Origin: Candidatus Latescibacterota bacterium
GTDB lineage: Bacteria > Latescibacterota > UBA2968 > UBA8231
Assembly (NCBI GenBank): GCA_965248265.1
Contig: CBDFJF010000001.1
Coordinates: 1,632,001 to 1,696,000 of the forward strand
Length of the DNA: 64,000 bases
Reading direction: 5' to 3'
In this document: in pieces, positions 29,821 through 39,830 of the stretch
Layout: every line of letters starts with the position of its first letter
How positions within the stretch are numbered: position 1 is the first letter of the stretch
Program-made: the position numbers and the translations under genes
The notes under the pieces: generated by a model
Seen by the model: the letters and a program-made list of their open reading frames with translations, nothing else
Databases searched by the model: none
What the model was told of the DNA's origin: nothing

Positions 29821-30030
29821 TGCTCGCCGAGATCGAGCGGGGTTACCTCCTTGAACTCAACGAGTCGTCAACGGAGTGATCCCGATGGACTTGCACCCAG
29901 CAACCCCACACCCGCAGTCGTAGTCCCGAGCTCGCCTCAATAGCGCTGATTACTTCGTCTAACGACTGACCGCAATCGGTATCGAGGAGAATGATCTTCT
30001 CCGGGCCTTCTTCAATCCGGGCCGAACGAG

Positions 30031-30660
30031 TCAACCCGTAAAGCCCGACTCCTTATGCGCCCCGTCACAGAACGGCTTGTTCTTCGACGCCCCGCAGCGA
30101 CACAGGGTATAGTGGTCGGCCGTCGGCGGTTTGACGCCAACAGGATCGTCGAGGGTGATGCCCCCGCGCACGTGCAGGGGCCCGTCCTCGGAGATGAAGA
30201 TCTCCGCCTCGGAGAAGAACTCTTGATGCAGTTTGCCATCGAGCTTGTACGCAAGAGAGCCCGAAGGACAGGCTCGTATGGTCTTGATGACCTTGTCACG
30301 CGCTTCCTTGTCGGGTTCAGAGATGCGCTCATCGCCATCCCAGCGGAAGAAGGTCTCCGGGGCACCGTGGACACATGAGCCCGCGTGGCAGCAGATACCG
30401 ACGTCATCGACGACGGTGAGCTCCTCACCGCTGTATTCACGCACAGGGTAGGTCTCAGTGCGTTCCTTCTTGCCTGAGAACCCGATGTCCTTGTGGGTGC
30501 CGTCGCAGAACGGTTTGTTCTCCGACGCGCCGCAGCGGCACAGCGCTATCACGTCCTTCTGCATGGCGACGGGTTGATTGTCACTGTCAGTCAGTTTCTT
30601 CAAGCCCTTTACCAGGAATGGACCGTCTTCTGGAACATCGATAGTGGGTTTCTCACTCAC
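30031..30660 (-). CDS. CDGSH iron-sulfur protein (CDGSH - divergent ferredoxin - CDGSH)
   Basis: Two LCRCGAS.NKPFCDG.H motifs flank CCHAGSC...CPSG; GTG start with GGAG RBS. Confidence 0.92.
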   Translation of the reverse strand: MSEKPTIDVPEDGPFLVKGLKKLTDSDNQPVAMQKDVIALCRCGASENKPFCDGTHKDIGFSGKKERTETYPVREYSGEELTVVDDVGICCHAGSCVHGAPETFFRWDGDERISEPDKEARDKVIKTIRACPSGSLAYKLDGKLHQEFFSEAEIFISEDGPLHVRGGITLDDPVGVKPPTADHYTLCRCGASKNKPFCDGAHKESGFTG

Positions 30661-30748
30661 GGATCATCTCCCTTGGTTGTTCGGTTAATTAGCGTCACCG
30701 CTCCCGGCTCCTTGTTCGTGTTCGACAAAGTGGGGTGCTCAAGCACGA

Positions 30749-32521
30749 CTAGTGTGGTCTCATTCTGGTTAAGTAAAAGTGACTGGCCACTGATTGTTTG
30801 GGATGATCCGACTGACGGCCGAAGACCTGGCTGGGATCCTCCAACAACTGATACATCATGACAACATGAGGCGAGGACCTCTGTTCCTTGTCGCTGACAA
30901 CGAACCTCGGCGATACGGAGTGCCAAACCTCCTCGTCGGTCAGGGCGTCAATGGCCTTCTGGTAATCCGGCAGGTCACTCTCGCGCACACTGAAAGCCAC
31001 GATTCCTCCAGGTCGGGCAAGCTTGACCACGCCCTCCAGGTCTTTTGTGGGGGTATGGTTCACAACACCTGCTGCAAACACGTGATCGAACTGCGCCCAA
31101 TACCTCTCGGGCAAGTGGACCAGATCAGCATCGATCACTCCCTCGTCGTGGAAAGGCTGAAACAGCCCCTCAGGAATCTGTGCCCGCAACCCGGGGGCAA
31201 AGTCAAGGCCGTGGACGTTCGAGAATCCGGCCTCTATCAGAGCGGCGCCTGAAATTCCGGTTCCGCATCCGGCGTCGATCACGTTCGAATCCAGTGGTAA
31301 ATCCAGATCACCGAAAACCTTCCTGAACGCTTGAGCCATTTCCCGTGGCACTACGTAGCCCGCTTTTTCGACCGTTCTCAGGTAGGTGGGAGCGATCTCC
31401 TCATAGGCCTGGCGCACGGCTTGCGGCAGCATGCTCTGCATGTTCGGCAGAATCCTGTCTGTACCCTTCCACTGAGCGATGAACTGTTCGCTCTTGGCGC
31501 CAATCCTCTCCGCTTCGCCCAGCGCACCGTGAAGGGCGATATCGGGAGAATACTTGCTCGCGGGAACGGATCTTCCGAGCGTCTCTGCCATTGCTCGAAT
31601 GTGATGCACCTCGGCTCCGCAACACACACCTATATAGGAGACTCCGATATCCCTGGCCTGTTGAGTAAACGACGCAATCTCGTCCCTCGTGCACGTGTCA
31701 TGGTCGAGATTGATGGGATAGGTGTCTCCCGCATGCAGTAGCTGAAAGGTCGGCTCTGCCTCGGTGGTCGCAAACGCGACTGGCAACGCGGCTAGCGGCG
31801 AATCGGGGAGTCTTTCCCGTATCCTTTTCAACAGCGGCAACATGGTGTCTGGACCGCGCGTGCAGTTCAGACCAACAACATCCGCGCCTTCGTCTACAAG
31901 ACGAACGCAGGCCTCCTCGATCGTCAGGGAGGGGTCATCGGAAACACGCTCTGACAACGCAGAGAGAGTGATCACCGCGTCCAAACCCTGCTCCTTTATG
32001 GCCTTGAGCGCGAGTGAGGCTTCACCATAAGAGGAATAGGTCTCGCCAATTACGAAATCGACGCCTGCCTCGGCAGCCCACCGTACCTGCTTTCTGACTC
32101 CCGGCAAAACGGACCGGATGTAGTCGTCGCGGTCTCTCTTTTCATACTCAAAGGTATTGCAGACGTTCCCGGCAACAAGAGGATCCAGTCCGAATCCCGC
32201 CGCCCACTCGTCTCTTGCCAATGCGGCAGCCTTTTTGGCTATCTCGAGGGCCTCTCGGTTGATACTTTCGAAGCGCCCGGCCAGACCGACCGTGGCCAGT
32301 TTGTCTTCGTTGGCGTAGTAGGTGAGTGCGATGGAGACCATGGCGCCACCCCGGAAAAAATCGAGATGGGCGCGGGTGACGTGGTCTGGATCCTCAACCA
32401 CCACCTCCGGCACGAAAGCCCCCGCCTGTAGCAGGCCCAATCTCTCAAGTTTGAAGACCATGCCCTCAGCAACTACTAGGGGGCCCTCCTTCAGTTTTGC
32501 TTTCAATCTGCTCTCAGGCAT
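30749..32521 (-). CDS. betaine-homocysteine S-methyltransferase-like domain fused to class I SAM methyltransferase
   Basis: AGAFVPEVV, TYYA, Zn ligands GLNC and GVCCG; C-terminal domain IDAGCGTG...GLD. Confidence 0.85.
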   Translation of the reverse strand: MPESRLKAKLKEGPLVVAEGMVFKLERLGLLQAGAFVPEVVVEDPDHVTRAHLDFFRGGAMVSIALTYYANEDKLATVGLAGRFESINREALEIAKKAAALARDEWAAGFGLDPLVAGNVCNTFEYEKRDRDDYIRSVLPGVRKQVRWAAEAGVDFVIGETYSSYGEASLALKAIKEQGLDAVITLSALSERVSDDPSLTIEEACVRLVDEGADVVGLNCTRGPDTMLPLLKRIRERLPDSPLAALPVAFATTEAEPTFQLLHAGDTYPINLDHDTCTRDEIASFTQQARDIGVSYIGVCCGAEVHHIRAMAETLGRSVPASKYSPDIALHGALGEAERIGAKSEQFIAQWKGTDRILPNMQSMLPQAVRQAYEEIAPTYLRTVEKAGYVVPREMAQAFRKVFGDLDLPLDSNVIDAGCGTGISGAALIEAGFSNVHGLDFAPGLRAQIPEGLFQPFHDEGVIDADLVHLPERYWAQFDHVFAAGVVNHTPTKDLEGVVKLARPGGIVAFSVRESDLPDYQKAIDALTDEEVWHSVSPRFVVSDKEQRSSPHVVMMYQLLEDPSQVFGRQSDHPKQSVASHFYLTRMRPH

Positions 32522-32824
32522 CGTTCCCGCCAGGGTTTTCCGCCCTCACAGTGTCTAGTGGGTAAATGTCCGCGCGAAAAACAGGCCTGTTGACCCAGTG
32601 CGCCGTTCAAGATAAGTCCCATTCGTACACGCAGCCACATGCGTGTCCCGACGCGATGTCGGGCGGCCACCGCGCACCTGATCCCAGGATCCAGGCGGGG
32701 GTGCATCGCCTCTTCATCGTATGTAGTTTCCCGGACTCGCTCGGGCATATCAGGATGCGCCTCGAGCAGCAACGCCTGGAAGAGAAGATCGCTGCGGCGA
32801 GTATTGACGCGGGTACAGACAATT

Positions 32825-33934
32825 ATGACTGACACGGACAATATGGATAGCCCACGCGCCTGTAGCGCGGAGGAACTGCCCGAACTCCTCGAGCTGGTCA
32901 ACTACGTGTTCCGCACCAGTCAGGGCCGCCCCCCCGACATCGGCGATGCCTACCGGCACATATACTGCGAGGAAAACCTGGAGCTCGTGCGGGTCATCCG
33001 TATTGACGGAGCCATACGCGCTTCAGTCGGTCTGTTTCCCTTCGAGCTCGCAGCCGGGCCTCATGCCTTCAGCGCGCTGGGCCTCAATTGCACCACCTGC
33101 CATCCCGACTGGCGCCGCCGTGGGCTTGGTGCAATGCTGATGGATGACGCCGCCCATCTGGCCGAGCAGAAGAGCCTCGACATGATCCACCTCGCCGGGG
33201 GCGTTCCCGAATGGTACCGGCAACTCGGCTACGAACAGGCCGGCAGCAGGTACCTCTACCACTTCGATCGCGGCAACATCGGACTGCTGCCACGGTTGGA
33301 CTGCGAGGTGGTAACCGACCTTGACGGCCACATCGAGCAGGTGCACGCACTCTACCTCGCCCAGCGTTCCGGCAACATGCGATCCCTGCACAACACACGG
33401 CAATCCTTCTCACGCTACCCCGGCCAGCTGCTGGCCGCGCAGCAGGATGGCGAGCTGAAGGCCTACCTCTACGCGGATTTCGATAACCTCGTTCTCGAGT
33501 GCGCCGGAGAGCCGGCCGAACTCATCGCCGGCCTCACACACGAGTTGTTCGACCGGCGAGACAGAGAAAATGAAGGGGCTTCCACGACGGGCCGGGATGA
33601 GAAATACAGGGTGTTGCGTAACGTTGTGGTCTCGCTCGAAGTGAGCCCCCTACGCACGGACCTGACCACGCTACTGGACGAGCTGGGTATCCCCTGCGAA
33701 CGCAACTACTGGCACATGGTGCGAGTGACAGACCCGCCGAATCTGGCCGGTAAGACCGGCTTCGAGGGCACCATCGAAGCGGCCGGCGAGGACGCCTTCG
33801 TTGTTGCCACCGAAAATGGAGAACAGACCATGACTCGGGGTCCGATCGGTCGTCTGTTGTTCGGACCGGAGCGATTTCCTCTTCGCACGCAACCACCGAT
33901 TCCCTTATTCGCCCCGGGCACAGACCATGTCTGA
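32825..33934 (+). CDS. GNAT acetyltransferase (Eis-like)
   Basis: HPDWRRRGLG acetyl-CoA motif; WYRQLGYE. Confidence 0.85.
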   Translation: MTDTDNMDSPRACSAEELPELLELVNYVFRTSQGRPPDIGDAYRHIYCEENLELVRVIRIDGAIRASVGLFPFELAAGPHAFSALGLNCTTCHPDWRRRGLGAMLMDDAAHLAEQKSLDMIHLAGGVPEWYRQLGYEQAGSRYLYHFDRGNIGLLPRLDCEVVTDLDGHIEQVHALYLAQRSGNMRSLHNTRQSFSRYPGQLLAAQQDGELKAYLYADFDNLVLECAGEPAELIAGLTHELFDRRDRENEGASTTGRDEKYRVLRNVVVSLEVSPLRTDLTTLLDELGIPCERNYWHMVRVTDPPNLAGKTGFEGTIEAAGEDAFVVATENGEQTMTRGPIGRLLFGPERFPLRTQPPIPLFAPGTDHV

Positions 33935-35027
33935 ATTCCGCGCCGCCGTCATCGGGCTTGGTTGGATGGGAATGCTCTATGACATGGCCTCGCGTTCTGA
34001 CGCGCGTTTCAACGTCGACGACATTGACCGGCCCATGCCGGAAATCGACGTCCACGGGCGAATCCACCACCACCAGCATCCGGGTGATGAGGGCAACCCA
34101 ACCTCATACTGCGAAGCCTTGCGTGATCGGCCGGAAACCGAAATCGTCGCCGCCGTCGACCGGGACAAGAAGCGACTCGATGTGTTCACGCAGCGCTATG
34201 GGATCGACGCGACCTACACCGACGCCGAGCAGATGCTCAGAGAGGTCCGGCCGGAAATCGTCGCGGTGGCCACCAACACCAAGCACCGCGCTGATCTGAC
34301 CTGTCTGGCCGTCGAGTGCGGCGCCAAGGGCATAGTGACCGAAAAGCCGATGGCCCATTCCCTCGAGGAAGTCGATCGCATGGTCAGCACCTGCGCCGAG
34401 GCCGGCGTGCCGCTGAGCTGCGGCTCCATCAGCACCACGCACCCCTCATTCGCCGTGGCCAGGCGCCTGTTGGATGATGGAGCGATCGGAGAGCTGATAT
34501 CGATCGAAGCGCCCGGCGCGTCCGCCCAACACCAGAACTGGTCCTATTTCCTGGATCGGCTGCCCTCGTGGGTCGTCGGTTCCGGCGACCAACCTCGACG
34601 CGAAAGTGGGAGTGATGAGTTCAACGGCCACGGCTTCGCCTGGGCCGACAGAGTGCCCGTTCACTTTCGCCGCGGCGCCCCCGGCGTACGACTTTCCGGT
34701 GAGACCGGCGAAATGGCTTTCGATTTGGACAAGCGCTGGAGACTCTGGAAAGACATCGACGTGGATGGAGTATCTGGAAAGGGTAGGGCCGAAGTCCCGT
34801 GGCCGGATCCAAACTTCACGATGCCCTATGGAGCCGTGTACTGCCTCGACGACGTGTTGCAGTGCCTGGCCGGCAGGCTGGAAGAACCCAAAAATTCCGG
34901 GCGCCGCGTCGGCATCGCCCTCGAAGTCGAAGTGGCTCTCAAGGAGTCTTCAGCCAGGGGCGGATCGCGCATCGACCTGCCCCTGGCGGATCGTAGCCTC
35001 GGCCTCAACTACGATTGGTTCCGGTGA
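33927..35027 (+). CDS. Gfo/Idh/MocA oxidoreductase
   Basis: IGLGWMG, TEKPMA; overlaps the GNAT stop. Confidence 0.88.
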   Translation: MSEFRAAVIGLGWMGMLYDMASRSDARFNVDDIDRPMPEIDVHGRIHHHQHPGDEGNPTSYCEALRDRPETEIVAAVDRDKKRLDVFTQRYGIDATYTDAEQMLREVRPEIVAVATNTKHRADLTCLAVECGAKGIVTEKPMAHSLEEVDRMVSTCAEAGVPLSCGSISTTHPSFAVARRLLDDGAIGELISIEAPGASAQHQNWSYFLDRLPSWVVGSGDQPRRESGSDEFNGHGFAWADRVPVHFRRGAPGVRLSGETGEMAFDLDKRWRLWKDIDVDGVSGKGRAEVPWPDPNFTMPYGAVYCLDDVLQCLAGRLEEPKNSGRRVGIALEVEVALKESSARGGSRIDLPLADRSLGLNYDWFR

Positions 35028-35030
35028 GAC

Positions 35031-36578
35031 ATGGCTGAGACTCCGCGAATGATGTTCAACGATGATGGCTGGATCATCGGCACCTACGGGCCATCGTTGA
35101 CCCCGGACATCATGAGGGAGAAGATGATCGAGCCTTACGAAGGCTCGCCGGTGGATGTGTTTCTGTGGTCGATCGGTGGCCACGAGACCTACGACTACGA
35201 GACCGAAATCGGCGAACTATTCGGCGACGGCTACGACGATCTCGACGAAGCGCAGCAAAAAAGACGGGACAACCTTCGCTTCCTCATAGATAGCCATGGC
35301 GGACCGGTGACCGTGATCGCCGAATTGTGTCACCAGGCCGGCATGCGATTCTTTCCCTCCGTGCGCATGAACGAGCACTACGACATGGATAAATCCTCTC
35401 CCAGCTACGGCCGCTTGCGGCGTGAGTACCCCGAGCTGCTCATCGGCAAACCCGGAGAGGAGATTCCGTACCCGAGCCTCGAGTGGGGCATCCGCACCGG
35501 CCTGGACTACGCCACCGACGGCGCCCGGCAGCACATGCTCAGCATCATCTTCGAGCTCATCCAGCGCTTCGACGTGGACGGTATCGAACTCGACTTCATG
35601 CGCCACCCGGCCTTCTTCCGCATCGAGGACGCCTACGCCCAGCGCTATCTCATGACCGACCTGGTGCGCCAGGTGCGCAGCAAGCTGACACAGAAAGGTG
35701 AGCGTGCGGGACGAGAGCTATCCCTCGCCGTACGAGTACCTCCGACCCTCAACGACTGCATCAGAATTGGCCTGGACGTCGAGGAGTGGATGCAGCAAGG
35801 ACTCGTCGACCTGCTGATCGCCGGCGGCGGTTTCATCCCCTTCACCATGCCGATTCGATCATTCGTCGAGGCGGCACGGGGAACCTCCTGCAAGGTGTTC
35901 GGATGCTTCGAGGCACTGCGGCCGACCCTGGATGAAGACGTCATGCAGGCGTTGGCTGCGCGCTACTGGAAGGCCGGCGTCGATGGCCTCTACTTCTTCA
36001 ACTACTACAGCATGTCGGGCGAGTGGAAGCGCGACTTCCTGGCGCGATTAGCCGATCCTGCCCGGCTGGCGCGGGCGGACAAGCAGTACCAGGTGGACAA
36101 CGGCATAGTCCGACCCAACAGTCAGTTGGGTTTCTCCTTTGCGAACGCGATTCCCAGGGTGCAACTACCCGCCGGCATCGCAGCAACACCGGGCGGACGG
36201 GGATTCATGATGCAGATCGACATCGCCGATGACGTCGCAGCGGCGGCGGTCGAGGGTGCCCTCGGGCCGTGCACGCTTGGGTTGGGGTTCGAAGCGCTGC
36301 CCGTCGATTGCGAGCTCTGCGTTGTCATTAACGGCGACGAGATTGCGTGGGCAAGCGCCACGCCGGCACAACCCTGGATCCGGCTCGGGTACGATCCTGA
36401 TTGGAACCAGTACCCATCATCGTTGGCCCCACAGCCCGTAGAGGAGCAGGATCGAGTCGAATTCGAAATCTCGGTCCCGCTATTGCGGCAAGGGGAAAAT
36501 CAAGTTGAAATCAGGCTCGAGGCGGGGCCATCCTTGCTGCTGCTGGATGCTCGACTGTGGATCCGGTACACCAGCTAG
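35031..36578 (+). CDS. GHL10/GH-like TIM-barrel hydrolase
   Basis: FNDDG, SVRMNE, DGIELDFMRH, DGLYFFN. Confidence 0.75.
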   Translation: MAETPRMMFNDDGWIIGTYGPSLTPDIMREKMIEPYEGSPVDVFLWSIGGHETYDYETEIGELFGDGYDDLDEAQQKRRDNLRFLIDSHGGPVTVIAELCHQAGMRFFPSVRMNEHYDMDKSSPSYGRLRREYPELLIGKPGEEIPYPSLEWGIRTGLDYATDGARQHMLSIIFELIQRFDVDGIELDFMRHPAFFRIEDAYAQRYLMTDLVRQVRSKLTQKGERAGRELSLAVRVPPTLNDCIRIGLDVEEWMQQGLVDLLIAGGGFIPFTMPIRSFVEAARGTSCKVFGCFEALRPTLDEDVMQALAARYWKAGVDGLYFFNYYSMSGEWKRDFLARLADPARLARADKQYQVDNGIVRPNSQLGFSFANAIPRVQLPAGIAATPGGRGFMMQIDIADDVAAAAVEGALGPCTLGLGFEALPVDCELCVVINGDEIAWASATPAQPWIRLGYDPDWNQYPSSLAPQPVEEQDRVEFEISVPLLRQGENQVEIRLEAGPSLLLLDARLWIRYTS

Positions 36579-36626
36579 ACAATAAACACCCGCGGCAAGA
36601 AGGCATCCCCCGGTTCTTGACTGACG

Positions 36627-37535
36627 TCAGGGTTTGTAGGGTGTGCCCGTGCGCCGCAGCTCCTTGGTAATCGCCAGCTGCACGGTGCAGTACTTGCCGA
36701 TGTACTCCGTCGCAAACCCGGGACGTGCATCGGCAATCGTTCCGACGATCATGTTGGCGTACTCGAAGGTCGTGTCGTAGCGATCGATGATGAGCGCGAC
36801 CATCTCCGTCCACGCCTTCTTCAGCGCGTCGCCCCAGGTCTCACCGATACCGCTGGTGAGCCACTCCTGCGGACTCTCCACGTAGCCCGTCGTTTCCACC
36901 ACTGGACTGCTGTTCGGGAAACCGGGCGAGCGCTCCACTTTGAGAGTCACCACGGCATCGATCTCGACGCCGGCGGCAGTCAGTTCGCCATCGCCCATGC
37001 GCCCGTGCGTGTCGCCCAGCGACAGGTAGCCACCCGAGCGCTGAGCGCGAATGTGCACGGTGCTGCCGGGCTGGATCGAGTTGAAGTCCATGTTGCCGCC
37101 ATGATCGATCGGGTGCGGTGCCACCGATTCCAGCTGGATGATCCCGATCATCGGGCGCGCCGGGACAACGAAGTCCGGGGGAAAGTGGATCAACCCATCG
37201 CGTACAGGCGCCACACAGCGCCAGTACCCCCAGTGAGGTCCGGCATTGCGGTAGAACCCGTAGGGACCCACCTCCATGTCGACGATCTCGATTGCCACCC
37301 AGTCGTCAGGCTCGATGTCCTCGATGATGAACGGCCCTCCGTAACGGGAGTATCGGGGCGTGTTCGCCGCCACGATCATACCTGCACGCGTTTCGCCGGC
37401 GGCCTCGTAGTCGTGATCGGCCCCCCCGACGGTCTCGATGATGACGGTCTCTCCCAGCTCCAGCGTACCGCGCACTTCGCCGCGGGCTGGATCATCAGGA
37501 CCCGAGTAGCAGGGCGTGCGATTGAATCGGCGCAT
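36627..37535 (-). CDS. acetamidase/formamidase family protein
   Basis: GPF.I, PMIG, HGGNMD, LGDTHGRMGDGE, GVE; AGGAGG RBS. Confidence 0.9.
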   Translation of the reverse strand: MRRFNRTPCYSGPDDPARGEVRGTLELGETVIIETVGGADHDYEAAGETRAGMIVAANTPRYSRYGGPFIIEDIEPDDWVAIEIVDMEVGPYGFYRNAGPHWGYWRCVAPVRDGLIHFPPDFVVPARPMIGIIQLESVAPHPIDHGGNMDFNSIQPGSTVHIRAQRSGGYLSLGDTHGRMGDGELTAAGVEIDAVVTLKVERSPGFPNSSPVVETTGYVESPQEWLTSGIGETWGDALKKAWTEMVALIIDRYDTTFEYANMIVGTIADARPGFATEYIGKYCTVQLAITKELRRTGTPYKP

Positions 37536-37555
37536 GAAGATCCTCCTGGTGTCTA

Positions 37556-37753
37556 GTGCCCTGTCACGGAAGTAGGCTTGTGAAATGAGGGCGCCGAGTC
37601 GCCCGGCCTGCAAGGCGCGCGAGTGAGGCATATCGGTGGGATATGCCGATTGAGCGCGCTCAGGGACGAGGCCGAACTCTAAGAGTTCGGTCCCACGCAG
37701 CAGGTCGGGATGGATCGACGGCCGAATACAAGAATACTTCCGTGACAGGGCAC
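37556..37753. mobile_element. MITE, 198 bp, IS630-like ends
   Basis: 19-bp perfect TIRs GTGCCCTGTCACGGAAGTA flanked by TA on both sides; non-coding and hairpin-rich. Confidence 0.85.
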
Positions 37754-37755
37754 TA

Positions 37756-37900
37756 CGTTAGTCCCACCGAATCGTCGCCCCCACGATCGACCGATCCCTC
37801 GTCCAACCGCTCATACACCTTTGGCAGTTCGTGCCAGGCGAACTCGTGCGTCATCATCTTTTCATGGAAGCTTTTGCTCGACTCGAATGTAGCATAGGTT
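37756..37900 (-). pseudogene. possible dehydrogenase C-terminal remnant
   Basis: KMMTHEFAWHELPKVYERLDEG resembles the MDR/ADH C-terminal THxF motif; abuts the MITE. Confidence 0.35.
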
Positions 37901-37940
37901 GGGCCGCAACACCCGGGGCCTTGACGCGGAGGCGGTGAAC

Positions 37941-38300
37941 TCACGCCAGAACGCAATCTATTTGTTCCAGGAGCGTGCTCAATTGATACGGTTTCGTGAC
38001 GAATGCCGTGTAGCCGAGGCTCGTGTTGGGCGGGGCGTTTGCGGAAACGATGATTACCTTCACCTCTTCATCGACCGAAATGAGCTCTTTGAGAACCTCC
38101 AACCCATCCATCCCCGGCATGTTGAGATCCAGCAGGACCAGATCGATGATGTCACGGTCTGCCCTGTAAGTCTCCGTAGCTTCGAATCCGTCGCCTGCCT
38201 CCAACACCCGGTAGTGCTTCCGCTCCAGGGCCTCCTTCAACATCAGCCGTATGACGGCCTCATTCTCTACGAGTAGGATCGTCGTGCCCTCTTCGCCCAT
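37941..38300 (-). CDS. single-domain response regulator
   Basis: ILLVEN, LLDLNMPGMDG, TKPY. Confidence 0.88.
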   Translation of the reverse strand: MGEEGTTILLVENEAVIRLMLKEALERKHYRVLEAGDGFEATETYRADRDIIDLVLLDLNMPGMDGLEVLKELISVDEEVKVIIVSANAPPNTSLGYTAFVTKPYQLSTLLEQIDCVLA

Positions 38301-38371
38301 TGAATGCCATGCCTGTTGGTAGGTGATTGCGGTCCGATTCAATGATAGCACCAGCAAGCGTTGGTCCGGTA

Positions 38372-38387
38372 TCCGTACAAGTACGGA
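38372..38387. promoter_or_regulatory. palindrome TCCGTAC-AA-GTACGGA, candidate operator
   Basis: Perfect inverted repeat in the divergent intergenic region. Confidence 0.35.
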
Positions 38388-38565
38388 AATCACCACTGTT
38401 CTCGACATCCATTCTCCGTTCCACCATACTACCCCTGTGTCCCTTGTGGAAATCCCTGACGGCCGACGAATAGCCCATCATCTCTACCCAGGCCAGGGCT
38501 ACCGCCCTCGAAGAAGTGAGATGAAATGCTCCCGGACAGGACGTCGACCACCTGAAAGGTTGCCC

Positions 38566-39798
38566 ATGATCAACGCCAGCAGAGATGAGTTTCTCGAACA
38601 GGGGTTCATCATCCTGCGTCAGGTGATCCCACCCGATCAGCTCGAGGCGCTGCGGCGCAGTCACGAGACCCTCGTTGAACGACAGCGGCTGGTATGGACC
38701 CGTGAACGCGACCCCGATGATCCACCGGGTGGCCAATGGGAGACGAGCAATCAGCCACGCCTGGCAATCGACCAGATGGGTGCTGAGCACGACGAGAGCA
38801 CCGCCAACACCATCGAGTTGTGGCTGCACGAGAACCTTCAGGGTGTGAGCAGCCACCTGCTGGCCGAAGACGATGCTCCCGTCACCGAAATGATGATGAT
38901 GTGCAATCCGGTCAGCGACCGCGGACCGGCCGCCTGGCATCGGGATTTCTATCCGCCGCTGAACGCACCACTAATGGCCTATGCCGACGACATCCTCGAA
39001 AGCGGCCCGCGCTACGTCCAGTGGAATATCCCGCTCTACGACGACGACGTTCTCTGGGTAATCCCGGGAAGTCATATCCGGTGCAACACCGCCGAGGAGA
39101 ACGAGACCATTGCTCGTGATCCTCGCGTTCCGGTTGCGGGAGGCGTGCAGACCCACCTCAACGCCGGGGACGGGGTCGCCTACATCCTTCCCATCCTGCA
39201 CTGGGGCAGCAACTATTCGACCAGGATACGGCGCACCGTCCACGGTGGCTTCGCCCGCTTGACGCACAATACCGATACCAGCTGGATGAAGTACCTCTCG
39301 CCGCCTGCGCTGGAGACTTTCTCACGATGGCAAGAGCGCAGCGAGCGTTACATCGGTGATGCGGAGGCTGCGCTGCGTGCCGTGTTGGCGAAGAGCCTGG
39401 ATGCCTACCACGCCGCGCTCGACATTCTGCATTCAGGCCGGGGTCCCAAGGGAATCTTGAAATCGACGATCTGCCTCAGCAAGACGGCAAGACATATTCG
39501 AAATCAGCGTTGTCGTGATTTCGACAGCCTGTCGGCCTTCGATCAGCGAGGCATGCATCAGGTGCATCCGATGACGCTGCAGTGGGGCCTGCCCTTGGGC
39601 GAGCGCTTCACCCCGGACGAGGCCGAACTGTTGTGGCAGCGCTTCAAGCCCGTCGACGACATCCTGCAGTTGGCGGAGGAGCACACCCTGCCCGGCTTTC
39701 AGGGCAAGCACACCCGCTATCTGTTCGAGGAAGTACCTGCTGAACTGACCATGGAAAGCTGGTCCGCGTCCTGGGAGAGCGGAGAACTGGGCTACTAG
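38566..39798 (+). CDS. PhyH-family Fe(II)/2OG dioxygenase with C-terminal extension
   Basis: FLEQGF, WHRD, IPGSH, LHWG. Confidence 0.85.
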   Translation: MINASRDEFLEQGFIILRQVIPPDQLEALRRSHETLVERQRLVWTRERDPDDPPGGQWETSNQPRLAIDQMGAEHDESTANTIELWLHENLQGVSSHLLAEDDAPVTEMMMMCNPVSDRGPAAWHRDFYPPLNAPLMAYADDILESGPRYVQWNIPLYDDDVLWVIPGSHIRCNTAEENETIARDPRVPVAGGVQTHLNAGDGVAYILPILHWGSNYSTRIRRTVHGGFARLTHNTDTSWMKYLSPPALETFSRWQERSERYIGDAEAALRAVLAKSLDAYHAALDILHSGRGPKGILKSTICLSKTARHIRNQRCRDFDSLSAFDQRGMHQVHPMTLQWGLPLGERFTPDEAELLWQRFKPVDDILQLAEEHTLPGFQGKHTRYLFEEVPAELTMESWSASWESGELGY

Positions 39799-39830
39799 CC
39801 GCACAGTCTCTGAAGTGCTGGCGGTACCGT

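Noticed and set aside
29843-30034. KIILLDTDCG as the start of a nucleoside hydrolase
   Set aside because: Only a short motif-like match with nothing following it; at most a relic.
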